DNA from: Macrostomum lignano
Taxonomy: Eukaryota
DNA length: 64,000 bases
Direction of reading: 5' to 3'
NCBI GenBank assembly: GCA_002269645.1
Contig: NIVC01000100.1
Coordinates: 682,001 to 746,000, forward strand
Shown: one piece after another, positions 1-11,815 of the stretch
Layout: each line of letters begins with the position of its first letter
Numbering within the stretch: position 1 is the stretch's first letter
Program-made: the position numbers and the translations under genes
The notes under the pieces: model-generated
Databases searched by the model: none
The model's input: only the letters and a program-made list of their open reading frames with translations
What the model was told of the DNA's origin: nothing

Positions 1-172
1 AGTCCTTGGTTTATTGAGTGCAGTAATCCTTGGTTTATTAATAGCAATAGTCCTTGGTTTATTGAGTGCAGGAATCCTTGGTTTATTAATAGCAATAATC
101 CTTGGCTTATCGAGTGCAGTATTCCTTGGTTTGCCAAGAGCAATAATCCTTAGCTTATCGAGTGCAGTAATC
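1..172. repeat. Minisatellite of alternating ~24/25-bp units (AGTAATCCTTGGTTTATTGAGTGC / AGCAATAGTCCTTGGTTTATTAAT), running off the left edge
   Basis: Directly visible tandem units sharing the core ATCCTTGGTTTATT. Confidence 0.9.
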
Positions 173-242
173 TAAGTGTTTTTATGTAGTCCTTTAATAA
201 AAGCTTTTAATAAAAAATTTTACACTACTACTTTTAAACTAC

Positions 243-303
243 TTAGATTCGAACCCAGGTCGCTGCATTAGCAGTCTGGTCTGCTCAGCTCTAGGCTAGC
301 TCT
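243..303 (-). other. tRNA-derived (SINE-like) segment with Pol III B box inside H1
   Basis: Minus strand GCGACCTGGGTTCGAATC (B box GGTTCGAATC) with an upstream TAGCCTAGAG A-box-like motif. No convincing full cloverleaf. Confidence 0.45.
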
Positions 304-987
304 CATCGAAGTTATCAGTGAATTTGTACCACTTATATAATTCAACACTCACACCAAGTCAGGTAGAGTAAAAAGTCACGCGAAGCAGTTATGACATAAT
401 CAATTTCTTAGGCAAGTCAGTACCAGTGTCTATGAAAGCTAACAATATGGTTACGTAATATAAATTCAGTACTGCACTATACTTTCACACTCAAAGCTGT
501 GACGCAATTCAATTGAGTGTCAAATTCAGCCAGTACACAGACGATAAATAAAGTGTATTGTGATGCAATCTATTTCAGAATCAGAATTCAACCAGTCAGT
601 TTTTTCTCTAGCATTTTTACAGTGCGTTTCAAGTCGAAATAGCTGCTTGACCTTTGCAAAAAAACATGTTTTTCGAATATTTAATCCCTTTAGCATCGAG
701 CAATTTCTTAGCCACGATGCATGTACCGTCACGGAAAAATTTCTGATCGAATGGTGCAAGTTTGAACAAAATCGGTTGAGCCATTTTTGCTAAAATCGAT
801 CACACACACATATACCGACAGACCATTTTTAGTATATGGACTAGCAATCTTCGCCCCCCGATGGGGGACATCTGGATAGAATCTCTGTTCTCTACAAGTA
901 ACAAAAAGACAGCCAAAAAATCCTTCACAAAGACAACAGACAAACTGCTCAAATGAAGTGAATTGCAATAAGAAATCTTCCCAAGAC

Positions 988-1487
988 CACAAGCATCCCC
1001 CAGATAGCAAGCATTCCCCAGATAGCAAGCATCCCTCAAATAGCAAGCATCCCCCAGATAGCAAGCATCCCCCAGATAGCAAGCATCCCCAGATAGCAAG
1101 CATCCCCAGATAGCAAACATCCCCCAGATAGCAAGCATTCCCCAGATAGCAAGCATTCCCCAGATAGCAAACATTCCCCAGATAGCAAGCATCCCTCAGA
1201 TAGCAAGCATCCCCCAGATAGCAAGCATCACTCAGATAGCAAGCATCCCCCAGATAGCAAGCATCCACCAGATAGCAAGCATCCCCCAGATAGCAAGCAT
1301 CACTCAGATAGCAAGCATCCCTCAGATAGCAAGCATCCACCAGATAGCAAGCATCCCTCAGATAGCAAGCATCCCCCAAATTGCAAGCATCGCCCAGATA
1401 GCAAGCATCCCCCAGAAAGCAAGCATCCTCCAAATAGCAAGCATCCCCCAGATAGATAGCATCCCCAAATAGCAACCATCCACCAGA
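988..1487. repeat. 18-bp minisatellite (AGATAGCAAGCATCCCCC)n, about 27 copies
   Basis: Visible tandem repeat; produces the spurious GDACYL repeat ORFs. Confidence 0.95.
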
Positions 1488-1584
1488 CAATAAGTAGCTA
1501 GAGCGACAATTTCCTTAGCTTTATAGTGGCTCCTTTAAATTGGCATGGCGCTTTATACCTTTACATTTGAAATTGTATATCTTG

Positions 1585-4315
1585 AATGTTTGATATGGTG
1601 GCTCTTTTATGTTTGACATAGTGGCTCTTCTATGTTTGACATGGTGGCTCTTCTATGTTTGACATGGTGGCTCTTTTATGTTTGACATGGTGGCTCTTTT
1701 ATGTTTGACATGGTGGCTCTTTTATGTTTGACATGGTGGCTCTTTTATGTTTGACATGGTGGCTCTTTTATGTTTGACATGGTGGCTCTTTTATGTTTGA
1801 CATAGTGGCTCTTCTATGTTTGACATGGTGGCTTTTTTATGTTTGACATAGTGGCTCTTCTATGTTTGACATGGTGGCTTTTTTAGGTTTGACATGGTGG
1901 CTCTTTTATGTTTGACATGTTGGCTTTTTAATGTTCGACATGTTGGCTTTTTAATGTTCGACATGGTGGCTCTTTAATGTTCGACATGGTGGCTTTTTAA
2001 TGTTCGACATGGTGGCTCTTTTAGGTTTGAAATGGTGGCTCCTTAATTTTCGAAATGGTGGCTCTTTTATGTTCGACATGGTGGCTCTTTAATGTTCGAC
2101 ATGGTGGCTCTTTAATGTTCTTAATGGTGTCTGTTTTATGTTTGACATGGTGGCTCTTTATTGTTCGACATGGTGGCTCTTTAATTTTTAACATGGTAAC
2201 TCTTTTATGTTTGATATGGTGGCACTTTAATGTTCGACATGGTGGCTCTTTAATGTTTGATAAGGTGGCTCTTTAATGTTCGACATGGTGGCTTTTTAAT
2301 GTTTGACATGGTGGCTCTTTAATGTTCTTAATGGTGGCTCTTTAATGTTCGACATGGTGGCTCTTTAATTTTTAACATGGTGACTCTTTTATGTTCGATA
2401 TGGTGGCTCTTTTATGTTTGACATAGTGGCTCCTTTAGGTTTGAAATGGTGGCTCTTAAATGTTTAACATTGTGGCTCTTTAATTTTCGAAATGGTGGCT
2501 CCTTAATTTTCGAAATGGTGGCTCTTTTATGTTTGACATGGTGGCTCTTTAATGTTCGACATGGTGGCTCTTTAATGTTCGACATGGTGGCTCTTTAATG
2601 TTCTTAATGGTGTCTGTTTTATGTTCGACATGGTGGCTCTTTTATGTTCGACATGGTGGCTCTTTAATGTTCGACATGGTGGCTCCTTTAGGTTTGAAAT
2701 GGTGGCTCTTTAATGTTTGACATTGTGGCTCTTTAATATTTGACAAGGTGGCTCTTTAATGTTCGACATGGTGGCTCCTTAATTTTCGAAATGGTGGCTC
2801 CTTAATTTTCGCAATGGTGGCTGTTTTATGTTTGACATGGTGGCTCTTTAATGTTCGACATGGTGGCTCTTTAATGTTCGACATGGTGGCTCTTTAATGT
2901 TCTTAATGGTGTCTGTTTTATGTTCGACATGGTGGCTCTTTTATGTTTCACATGGTGGCTCTTTAATGTTCGACATGGTGGTTCCTTTAGGTTTGAAATT
3001 TTGGCTCTTTAATGTTTGACATTGTGGCTCTTTAATGTTTGACATGGTGGCTTTTTAATGTTCGACATGGTGGCTCTTTTAGGTTTGAAACGGTGGCTCT
3101 TTAATGTTTGACATGGTGGCTCTTGTATGTTCGACATGGTGGCTCCTTTAGGTTTGAAATGGTGGCTCTTTAATGTTTGACATGGTGGCTTCTTAATGTT
3201 TGACATGGTGGCTCTTTTAGGTTTGAAATGGTGGCTCTTTAATATTTGACATGGTGGCTTTTTAATGTTTGACATGGTGGCTCTTTTAGATTTGAAATGG
3301 TGGGTGTTTAATGCTTGACAATGTGGCTCTTTAATGTTTGACATGGCTGCTCTTTAATGTTCGATATGGTGGCTCTTTAATGTTTGACATGGTAACTCTT
3401 TTATGTTTGATATGGTGGCTCTTTTATGTTCAACATGGTGGCTCTTTAATGTTTGACATGGTGGCTTTTGAATGTTCGACATGGTGGCTCTTTAATGTTT
3501 GACATGGTGGCTCTTTTAGGTTTGAAATGGTGGCTCTTTAATGTTCTACATGGTAACTCTTTTATGTTTGATACGGTGGCTTTTTAATGTCTGACATGTT
3601 GTCTCTTTTATGTTTGACATGGTGGCTCTTTAATGTTTGACATGGTAACTCTTTTATGTTTGATATGGTGGCTCTTTTATGTTCGACATGGTGGCTCTTT
3701 AATGTTCGACATGGTGGCTCCTTTAGGTTTGAAATGGTGGCTCTTTAATGTTTGACATTGTGGCTCTTTTATGTTCGACATGGTGGCTCTTAAATGTTTG
3801 ACATGGTGGCTCTTTAATGTTTCACATGGTGGCTCTTTAATATTTGACATAAAGTCACATATATGTTTGACATGGTGGCTCCAAATGTTTGACATGGTGG
3901 CTCTTTATGTTTGACATAGTGGCTCTTTTATGTTCGACATGGTGGATCTTTTTTGTTCTACATGGTAACTCTTTTATGTTTGATACGGTGGCTTTTTAAT
4001 GTCTGACATGTTGGCTCTTTTATGTTTGACATGGTGGCTCTTTAATGTTCGACAAAGTGGCTCTTTTATGTTTGACATGGTGGCTCTTAATTGTTTGACA
4101 TAGTGGCTCTTTAATGTTCAAAATGGTGGCTCTTTAATGTTCGAAATGGTGGCTGTTTTATGTTTGACATGGTGGCTCTTTTATGTTTGACATGGTGGCT
4201 CTTTAATGTTCGACATGGTAGCTCTTTAATGTTCGACATGGTAGCTCTTTTATGTTTGACATGGTAACTCTTTTATGTTCGATATGTTGGCTCTTCTATG
4301 TTTGACATTGCGCTT
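1585..4315. repeat. 23-bp minisatellite (GACATGGTGGCTCTTTTATGTTT)n, about 2.7 kb, with higher-order blocks
   Basis: Period 23 (e.g. GAC at 1661 and 1684); recurring variant units. Confidence 0.95.
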
Positions 4316-4382
4316 CTTTGATGTTTAGCAGTTTTGTTGTGTTTTTAAGGTGTTTTAATAAAAAAAATCTTTTTGCACTACT

Positions 4383-4440
4383 GAGATTCGAACCCAGGTC
4401 GCTACATTAGCATTCCAGTCTGTTCGCATCAGGGCTATCT
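4383..4440 (-). other. tRNA-derived (SINE-like) segment with B box inside H2
   Basis: Minus strand GCGACCTGGGTTCGAATC, the same motif as at 246-263. Confidence 0.45.
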
Positions 4441-4908
4441 CTTTTCAATTGGAGAACATGAATTGTGGCCCTTATAATTCAATTCTTACAGCAAGTCAAT
4501 TGGAGTAAAAAGTTATGACATAATCAATTTCTCAGTCAGCCAGTATCAGTCTCAATTTAAGTTAGCAATATGGTTACGCAATTTCAATCAAGTCGTGTGT
4601 GCATTTCTTCGGCACTGTTTTCAACTTGTTGTGATGCAATCTTTAGCACAATCGGAATTCAGTCAGTCAGTTTTTTCTCTAGCATTCTTACAATGCATTT
4701 CAAGTCGAAAATTTGGCTTGACCTTTGCAAAAAAGCATGTTTATCGAATATTTAATCCCTTTAACATTGAGCAATTTCTTAGCCAGGATGCATGTACCGT
4801 GCCAGGAAAATTTCTGATCAAATGGTGCAAGTTTGAAGAAAATCGGTTGAGCCAATTTTTCTGAAATCTATCGCATACCGACAGACAACTCATTTTTAGT
4901 ATATAGGA

Positions 4909-5438
4909 TTGCATGGCTCGGTTTGAACTGTTAAACGTAAAGAAAAAAACAAAAAGCTCTTCGTTCAAAGTGTCCATCGTAGGCTTCTGATTTTCCTCCC
5001 CTTCATCATCGTCATAATTGGACAGCTTCTCGGAGTCAGATTCGTTATCCATGTCAGCCGAAACGTCGCCAAACTCTACATGGTCACACTCCATGCCACG
5101 TTGCTCCTCGAGCTGAAGTAAGGGAGGAAAATGCATGCTTAGGTGAGTAATAGTGGGGTGGGCATGAGTTTTAAAATTTTGACAGCTTGCCAAACAAGAT
5201 TATCATCAAAACTGCTTACCTCAGTCAGCTCTCTTAAAAAGTCATCAGTCGTAGTCGATTTTTCGATGGGAACAGCTTCCATTCCATTCCGATTCCAAAA
5301 CAGCCTCTTTAGCAGTAATTGGGTCTGTAGAGGGGGTGATTCTGGTTCGGGACCTTCGTCCAGTAAGTTTTTATGAAGCTAGTTGCGGAAAAGTCGCGAT
5401 TTATTCGTATCGCCTTCGGTACGGCGTCTTTTTGACAT
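4909..5438 (-). pseudogene. 5' fragment of a spliced gene (MSKRRRTEGD...; acidic exon), possibly the N-terminus of a DNA-transposon transposase, cut by Helitron H2
   Basis: ATG at 5438, one in-frame stop, GTAAGC donor near 5219, acidic low-complexity second segment. Divergent from the DUF4806-like gene. No catalytic motif seen. Confidence 0.3.
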
Positions 5439-5795
5439 CTCTGTGCTTGTTATGAATATTTTGTTCGAAGTGTATGCATAGTACATTTAATAGATTTAAT
5501 TTTAATGAAACTTTTATTCATGACACCATAATTTTATGCCCGAATATCGAATCAGGGCTCTTTTTCCTCCAACAATCGAACAGCCGGGGAATCGTATTGG
5601 CTCGCTGCCGGCCCGGCCCGCAAGGTAGCGACCATAGAGGCTTCCCTGTCACAGCCAATAGAAATTAAGGCACACGGAAAAAGGAATATTTGAGAAGAGT
5701 GCACCCCCACTATAGTTAAATATCTAGCTCGTAATCCCGTGCTCCTCAGTTATCCACAGAATTTTCTTCTCCCTGCAAGCAAGCACTGTTCCAAC

Positions 5796-7986
5796 ATGTT
5801 TGAGCCATCCGATTTAAGAATTAGGTATATAGTATTTTTCCATTTAGATGGGGAAATAATCGAAGTTCAAGAGAACGAGATTTTGCTCGGAGACTACCAG
5901 AGCTATACAGACGCTGACTGGTGGGCTATGAGCACGCCAGAATTGTTTTCTCAGGTACCCATAGATGTGCGTGCTGAGTATCAAAGCGACTGGTTCGATG
6001 CATTACTTTTGCAAGTTGTCTTAAGCCCAGAGACCGACAACACGCCGACGATCGAGCTCTCCGAAGACTCAGAAGTGAAAAAATGAAGACGCCGCAGAGC
6101 CTGTTAAGAACAATACGAAAAGTAAATATCGGCCGACGCAACGCAATTCGGCCCATCGAAGTAAGTATTTTTTAAACGAGAATCCTAAAAGAAAGTTAGA
6201 AACAAACTTTAAAGTGAGGGAGGGGAATGAGTGAGTAGGTGATTAGTGAAGTAAATGGGTGGATGAGCGACAAAATGAGCGCAGGTGATTGCCGATGGGC
6301 GATGAAGAAAAATAATTAGATTTTCCTATTTTTCTTAAAACAGCAGTGGACAACGTCAGAAAGCGAAATCGATGTCACTGATGATGCTCATGGCCAAGAC
6401 CGAGGTGATGTGACTCTAACACCCCAGAGAGAAGAAGGGCGACCAGTGCTACCCAACAGACAATCTACAGGCCTGAGACCCTCTGCTATGCATGACAGTC
6501 CACAGCCGCAGCGGGAGGAGGCCAGAGTCTTCGCAGCCGAAACAGGAAGACAAAGTCCGATGTCTCAGGAACTGCTCTGTCAACCGCCTTCGGCAGCTTC
6601 CACTTTGTCTGCTGATGGAGCTGCAGATAGATGTATGCAGTCGGACCGGGAGGCGAGCACCATCCCAAAGACAGCAACAGATAACTCGACTGAGCCGCTT
6701 GGATTTCACCCAACGCTTTTGCGCAGCACTATGGCGAAGCTTACAAGCTTGGGCATGGATCCTGGCTCGTCAAGGGCTGCCTCGTTTCTTTCAAATATGG
6801 CCGCACGCCGGGCATGCGATACATATGACGCCGTCACATGACTGACGAATGAGCTTTCAGCTCAGATCGAAGGCCTCTCGGCGCAAGTCACGGCTCAGGG
6901 GCGGCTACTTTGCCAGCTGTCCGATAACAGGTTATTGACTGCTGCAGCTGCAGATGCGGGTTCTCGAAGAGTTTTTGAGCAAATAAACTCTTGGCAGGAC
7001 TACATCCGCTTCATCTCTGCATCTCAACTTGAGCAGAGCCGTCTGGCACTTAATGCTTGGATAAATAGACTTGAACTAATGACTGCAATGATTTTCAGCT
7101 ATTGACAGGAATACGGTATATACTACGTAAACTACTAAAAATAGGAGTGTGCAAAAAGCGAAGGAAATTTGAATTATTTTATAATTATTTTTTGTAAATT
7201 TTTGAGCGTTTTTTTAATCTTAAAACACTTTAAAAATTAGCAAATTCTTTCAACGTCAACTATCGACAACCAAAACTTTATTTACCAGGTCTCGAGTCTA
7301 AGTGGATGTCGAGGTTCGTCAGTGCACGACAACTGCAAGCGCATGCTGGAGAAGTGCCTTTCTGCGTCGATGCAATGCCTCGTAAATTGGTCGGGCCGAA
7401 ACATGTCGGCGCGAGTAATTGCGCAGCACCCTCACTTGCGTCTAAGTGACTCTGTCTTGGCGTTCTGAAATGCCATCAGTTTTTATTGGTGAGTTACCAT
7501 CGGCTCGCAACATCAAATTAATGGCTTTCTAAATACACAGACAGTTTCTCAATGCTTCCCCACCTATGATTTAATTCTTTTCTGTATCCCTTCTTGTTCT
7601 CGTTTTTTGAATATCGTTGCTGTTTTCCTCGGAGGTCTGTTGGCGAATTAACAAACCAAATCCATTCATCCAATCACAACCTGCAGACGCTGTTGAGGAT
7701 CTCTACCCTGATGAGAGACAGAGGCCCTCCAAGGCTGAGGTAGAGGGTGCGATTCGAGACCCACTGAAGCACGCTTCAGAAAGAGAAGCCGCCAATGACA
7801 GTAGGACCTGAGGTGACTGGGCATCAGCAGCTGGCTGGGCATCATCATCAGCAGCCGTATGCTACTGCGCATCAGCAGCCGGCTGGGCACCAACAGCCAG
7901 ATGCGGCTCGGCATCAGCAGCAACGGCGTCGAAGAATAAGTAGTTCCGGTAGCGACAATGATTTTAAACAGACAGATTTTAAAAGC
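5796..7986 (+). pseudogene. Multi-exon DUF4806/BEN-like protein gene typical of animal CMC/EnSpm-type DNA transposons
   Basis: Exon peptides GCRGSSVHDNCKRMLEKCLSASMQCLVNWSGRN and SKAEVEGAIRDPLKHASERE resemble the DUF4806 pattern (GG.S..D..RR.L...NW.GR; E.E..I..WL..A..R). GTAAGT donor near 6161 and polypyrimidine-AG acceptors. Frameshifts and stops present. Confidence 0.55.
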
Positions 7987-7992
7987 CATGCT

Positions 7993-8403
7993 GGTAGAAT
8001 GCATGAGGGGGCTTCTGGGACAAAAATTTTCACGTCCTCTATAATCCCATTAAATTCATCCATATTATCTCCGACAGAATCAGAAAAGGGGGGTCGCACT
8101 TGCTCCGAAAACTTTGAACATAATCCTATTAAATCCATCCATATTATCCCTGACAGAATCAGAGCATAACACGTGTCCTACTTGCTCCGAAAACTTCGAA
8201 CATAATCCCATTAAATCCATCCATATTATCCCTGAATCAGAAAAAAGGGGTCACACTTGTTCCGAAAACTTCAAACATAATCCTCCTAACCTATCCTCCT
8301 TCCACGACACAATCAGAGCATAACAAGTGTCCTACATAATTCACTGACATCCACCTAGAGCATTTTCGAAACAATCAGAAAATAATCTGCATTTTTCTCC
8401 CCA
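7993..8403 (+). repeat. Left terminal inverted repeat of the Maverick, with internal ~60-bp subrepeats
   Basis: Reverse complement of 30220-30541; subrepeats AAATCCATCCATATTATC, with extra copies on the left. Confidence 0.9.
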
Positions 8404-8496
8404 CATTCAATTCGCAACGTGCTACCAGATCATTAAGACTTTAAATCATCAGCGCAGGGTCCTTACCCTTTGAGAAAAAATTAATTCTCAATAAAA

Positions 8497-9885
8497 ATGT
8501 TCCCAATTGTCTCCCTAAGTTCTTATTACAAAGCGCACGAGCCTAACTACAAGAGCAAGTACCGATGCAAACTAGAATGCAGCGAATACATGAGAAAATA
8601 TTGGCCTGGTGTTGATATCAATGTCCGTAATATTAATCTAGCTCTCTGTAGTGTGAGCATCTTTTGTGTATTCTATTAGTTAGTTAGCTTCTGTATTATT
8701 GTTATTGAATTATTATTTTGCTTCAATTTAGTCACGCGGTCTAATGTACTTTTCTTGTTAGTTAGGGCTTATTTTGCGTAAACAGGTTAGAAGTTGGACG
8801 CCAATTTTGTGACTCAGCGGAGGGTTGAGTTTTTGTCTGCGAACCCCAGCTTTGCGCGGCCAGCCAATCAGAACCGGCCTGGACCCTGGCACGCGGCAAG
8901 TTCCAGTCTACCCGGCGCCGCGGCACAGTGCAATTCGGCTTAGCGGGCGGCCGGCCAGACGACCACCACCCGGCTTGAGGGGGGTTTTGAGGGTTTGACT
9001 CTGACTATATATGAAAGTGTATTTGGCAATCGGATCTCGCCTTCTTTCCCCGGTTCTTGGTTTTGTCCAGCTTCCCGGCCGCTTGCCCGACTGTTTTGGT
9101 TCGCGCTTTGAGGCGCTTGAGTTCATCACCCCCGGTCCATATTTTCTGTCCCCGCCCGACCGCTTCAGTCTTGTAGCGTAACGTCTACGGCAAACTTGTC
9201 TGAAGTCGTGCTATCAAGCGCGGTTAGATAGAGACTGTCAAATTTGACCAAGTACGTGGCCTCGATCCTGAGGGCCTCAGTGTCACGCTGAAGGGCAGTA
9301 CTGAGAGAATTTAGTCAGTGCTCCGTTGAACGGTCAATTTGGCAGGGCTCTCGTTTGAGTGTAGGTTCTGGTTTAGGCCAGGGGTTAGGAGTCTTCTCCG
9401 TGGTCGTGTTCGGTTCTCCTTCTTCTTCCTCTTCAGCTGAGATCCGCTTGCCAGTCGCGTTATTAATTTATTATTACTCGTTATCATCAGTGTCAATTTA
9501 TCTGCGCCGTGAATCGTATTGAGAATCTTGTAACAATAAGTGTCAATAAGATTTAGCTATTCTCATTAGATTATCACTCTCTAAATCTATTCGGTTCGTG
9601 TTCCCTCGCGTTCTTTCTTTTCTTGTACTGTACCTGCGGCTATTGGAGAAAGACTGGTAGGACTCGCCGACCGGCGATAGGCAATTAGGGCCAATAGCTT
9701 TAAAATCTCTGACGCTCCAAAAATAGGTTTGTCTAGGGCCTAAATAATTGCTTACCGTGCATGCTATTTATCTAATTGCCTTTTTATCACATCTCCAAAG
9801 ACACTGGTTTCATAAGTATGGAGTAACCTACGTAAAAGATTACGACAGCTACTATAACTTTGCAGAAATCATTAAGCAATTGTGA
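8497..9885 (+). pseudogene. Small Maverick ORF (about 80 aa) split by solo LTR A1
   Basis: Removing 8647-9795 joins ...RNINLAL to QRHWFHKYGVTYVKDYDSYYNFAEIIKQL* in frame. Confidence 0.6.
8647..9791 (+). mobile_element. Solo LTR A1 (Ty3/Gypsy-type, 1145 bp)
   Basis: TGTAGTG...TATCACA ends; 4-bp TSD TCTC (8643-8646, 9792-9795); TATA-like CTATATAT near 9005; homologous to 26291-27469. Confidence 0.9.
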
Positions 9886-9889
9886 TTTC

Positions 9890-10769
9890 TCACATTCTCT
9901 CAATGATCAACGTTAGTACAAACTCTTCACAGTTGAAATCAACACCCACCCCATCTTCAGTCTCAAACTGTAGCACAATCTCGTGAATCTCCTTATTACT
10001 CAATACAACTCTTTTCACTGGATTTGGTTTCTCTACCACCATCTGTCCTCCAGCTACAGAGTTGGAGATGTTGTACAAAATATTAGTTCGCTTTCCCTTA
10101 AATACCCAATCAAGACTGAGATTAGTTCTGATTAGAATATTCAAACCCTTTACAATGTCTGCTATATTGGGTGCTAAGAACAAACCGCGTACACTTTCTC
10201 GGGCCATGATAACAGCCCCCGTCGCTTGAGTGACAGTCCGCGCCGCGGATTCTGCCTTATAAACTTTCTTCTCGAATCCTAATTCCCTATACCAAGTGTT
10301 ATCTTTAAACTCAACCTCCGCATCTTTGTGAACTTGCATGACCACTCTCATTACAGTGAGATCATAGGCTAGTTTGACAGGGAACAGTTCTGGCTTAATC
10401 AGATCAGGTTTCTCACAATGGCCTCTTTTAGTAAAGACGTTTTCTAGAAAGTAATTGTAGGTCTCCACACTTTGCGTGCTCACAGGGAATACCACAGGTT
10501 CTGCTGCTGCTCCTTTCCATTTGTAATAAAACTTATTATTTGCTGCCGTCACATTGGGAACGTTTGACGTTTGATTGGGAACCAGTGAAGTCGTTAAGAT
10601 AGACATGGTAATTAGCACCTGGATCCAGGCGAATCGCCTGCTCTAATTTTTCAACAAACATCCCGTTTGAGTCATTAATTCGCCCAGTTATTGTAATAGG
10701 AATGCTCTCCTTAGAGTGAGAAATAATATTATTTAGTCTTTCAGCAATCGCTTCCATTTTTTCACCCAA
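9890..10769 (-). pseudogene. Polinton minor capsid protein (penton), frameshifted
   Basis: IRLDPGANYHVYLNDFTG..NVPNVTAANNKFYY and C-terminal EKPNPVKRV...IHEIVLQFETEDG..VDFNCE patterns. A 7-bp tandem duplication (CGTTTGA x2 at 10561-10574) causes the frameshift. Confidence 0.8.
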
Positions 10770-10775
10770 AAAAAT

Positions 10776-11815
10776 TTAAACTTCACTGGATGAATTGTTG
10801 ATCATGTTAAGCTTCCCCTTCCTCTCAAATGCATAGATAATGTACAGGTCCACGGGTGTTGCGACAGTCCTCTTAATGTTAGTCACAATATTCACAGGGC
10901 TGTTATCAGTAGGCATTTGTCTGGCAGACACATCAGCGCCAAACATCGGATATAGAGTTCCATATTGAAGAGCAGTGATAGCAATTCCATTGTTCTCTTT
11001 CACAACCAAGTCGACCAACTCGCTGTAAAATTTGCTAATCTTGTTCTGACTGAAATCTCCATTTTGTGGCAGTGCAGGGTAAAGATTATCACTGATTTCA
11101 TGCTGAATGGACCGCACGTCTCCATGCATGTAGCGTATAATGCTATTTGGGTTTCTCATGTTAATAATGATATACCTTGGATTGCTGCATGATCCCTCTT
11201 TGATGCAGATGTTTGTTCTAGTTTCGTTTCGCTCATCTCGACACATGTAGGCCGTGTATGCAACATCAATGTCCTTCTCAATTGCCTTGAGATAATCCGC
11301 TTTTAGTGCGGTCTTTGGCTCAATGACTTCCAAATACAGCTCGGTTCCGGTTAGCTTCACCTCCATCCTAGTGTGGTCCGCCCCAGTCCACAACACTCTA
11401 CTGCGATCATCTCTAGTCAGTCTAAATGTGTAGCTAAAGTTACTAGTCAGTCGATTAAATGTATTACAGAATCCACTCATGAATCTCAATGGTACAAATA
11501 CATCAACAGACCGATGTACAGCGGGTTCTTAGCAGCATCATCAGCACCTTGCAATGCATAGTTGTATCTCTTCTTTATATTTCTACAGCCACTGTCATTG
11601 ATATCTTCTTCTTTTTCATCTGCAATAAAACCCGCACCACTTCCCAACTGAATAAAATCAGGATTCTCGATCAAACAATGAGCGTCATAGACTATTCCAA
11701 AGTTGGCGATTCGCTCCAACTCAGTGCTCCCATTCGATACACTAAACTCCTTGAACATGTACGCCCAAAAGTTACTGATCAGAGCCACATCCGCATCATT
11801 CTTGTCAACGTTGGT
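10776..11815 (-). pseudogene. Polinton major capsid protein (double jelly-roll), 5'-truncated, one frameshift near 11490
   Basis: LISNFWAYMFKE..V.NG.TELE, LRFMSGF, PRYIII and LYP...DFSQNK...Y motifs characteristic of Polinton/adintovirus MCP. Confidence 0.8.

Larger units (their letters stand above)
1..840 (-). mobile_element. Non-autonomous Helitron-like element H1 (5' part; continues beyond window start)
   Basis: Minus strand starts TCCATATACTAAAAATGGTCTGTCGGTATATGTGTGTGTG...GGCTCAACCGATTTTG, resembling invertebrate non-autonomous Helitron 5' ends (TC start, short microsatellite, CCGATTT). It is a diverged paralogue of 4340-4908. Confidence 0.6.
841..4908 (-). mobile_element. Non-autonomous Helitron-like element H2 carrying two internal minisatellites
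   Basis: Minus strand: A|TCCTATATACTAAAAATG at 4908. The 3' end has a GC hairpin CCCCCATCGGGGG about 10 nt before a terminal CTAG (841-844). No TSD; A^T-type junctions. Confidence 0.6.

Noticed and set aside
729-3895. Repetitive ORFs (GDACYL, MLAIWG, MSNIKEPP) as proteins
   Set aside because: These are translations of 18-bp and 23-bp satellites that happen to lack stops.
1585-4315. CRISPR array
   Set aside because: Units are contiguous with no unique spacers, there are no cas genes, and the context is eukaryotic. It is a minisatellite.
243-4440. Functional tRNA genes at 243-303 and 4383-4440
   Set aside because: Only the B box is convincing. I could not build an acceptor stem or cloverleaf.
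5670-5685. CACACGGAAAAA as a CACTA terminal repeat
   Set aside because: I found no inverted partner or TSD in the window.
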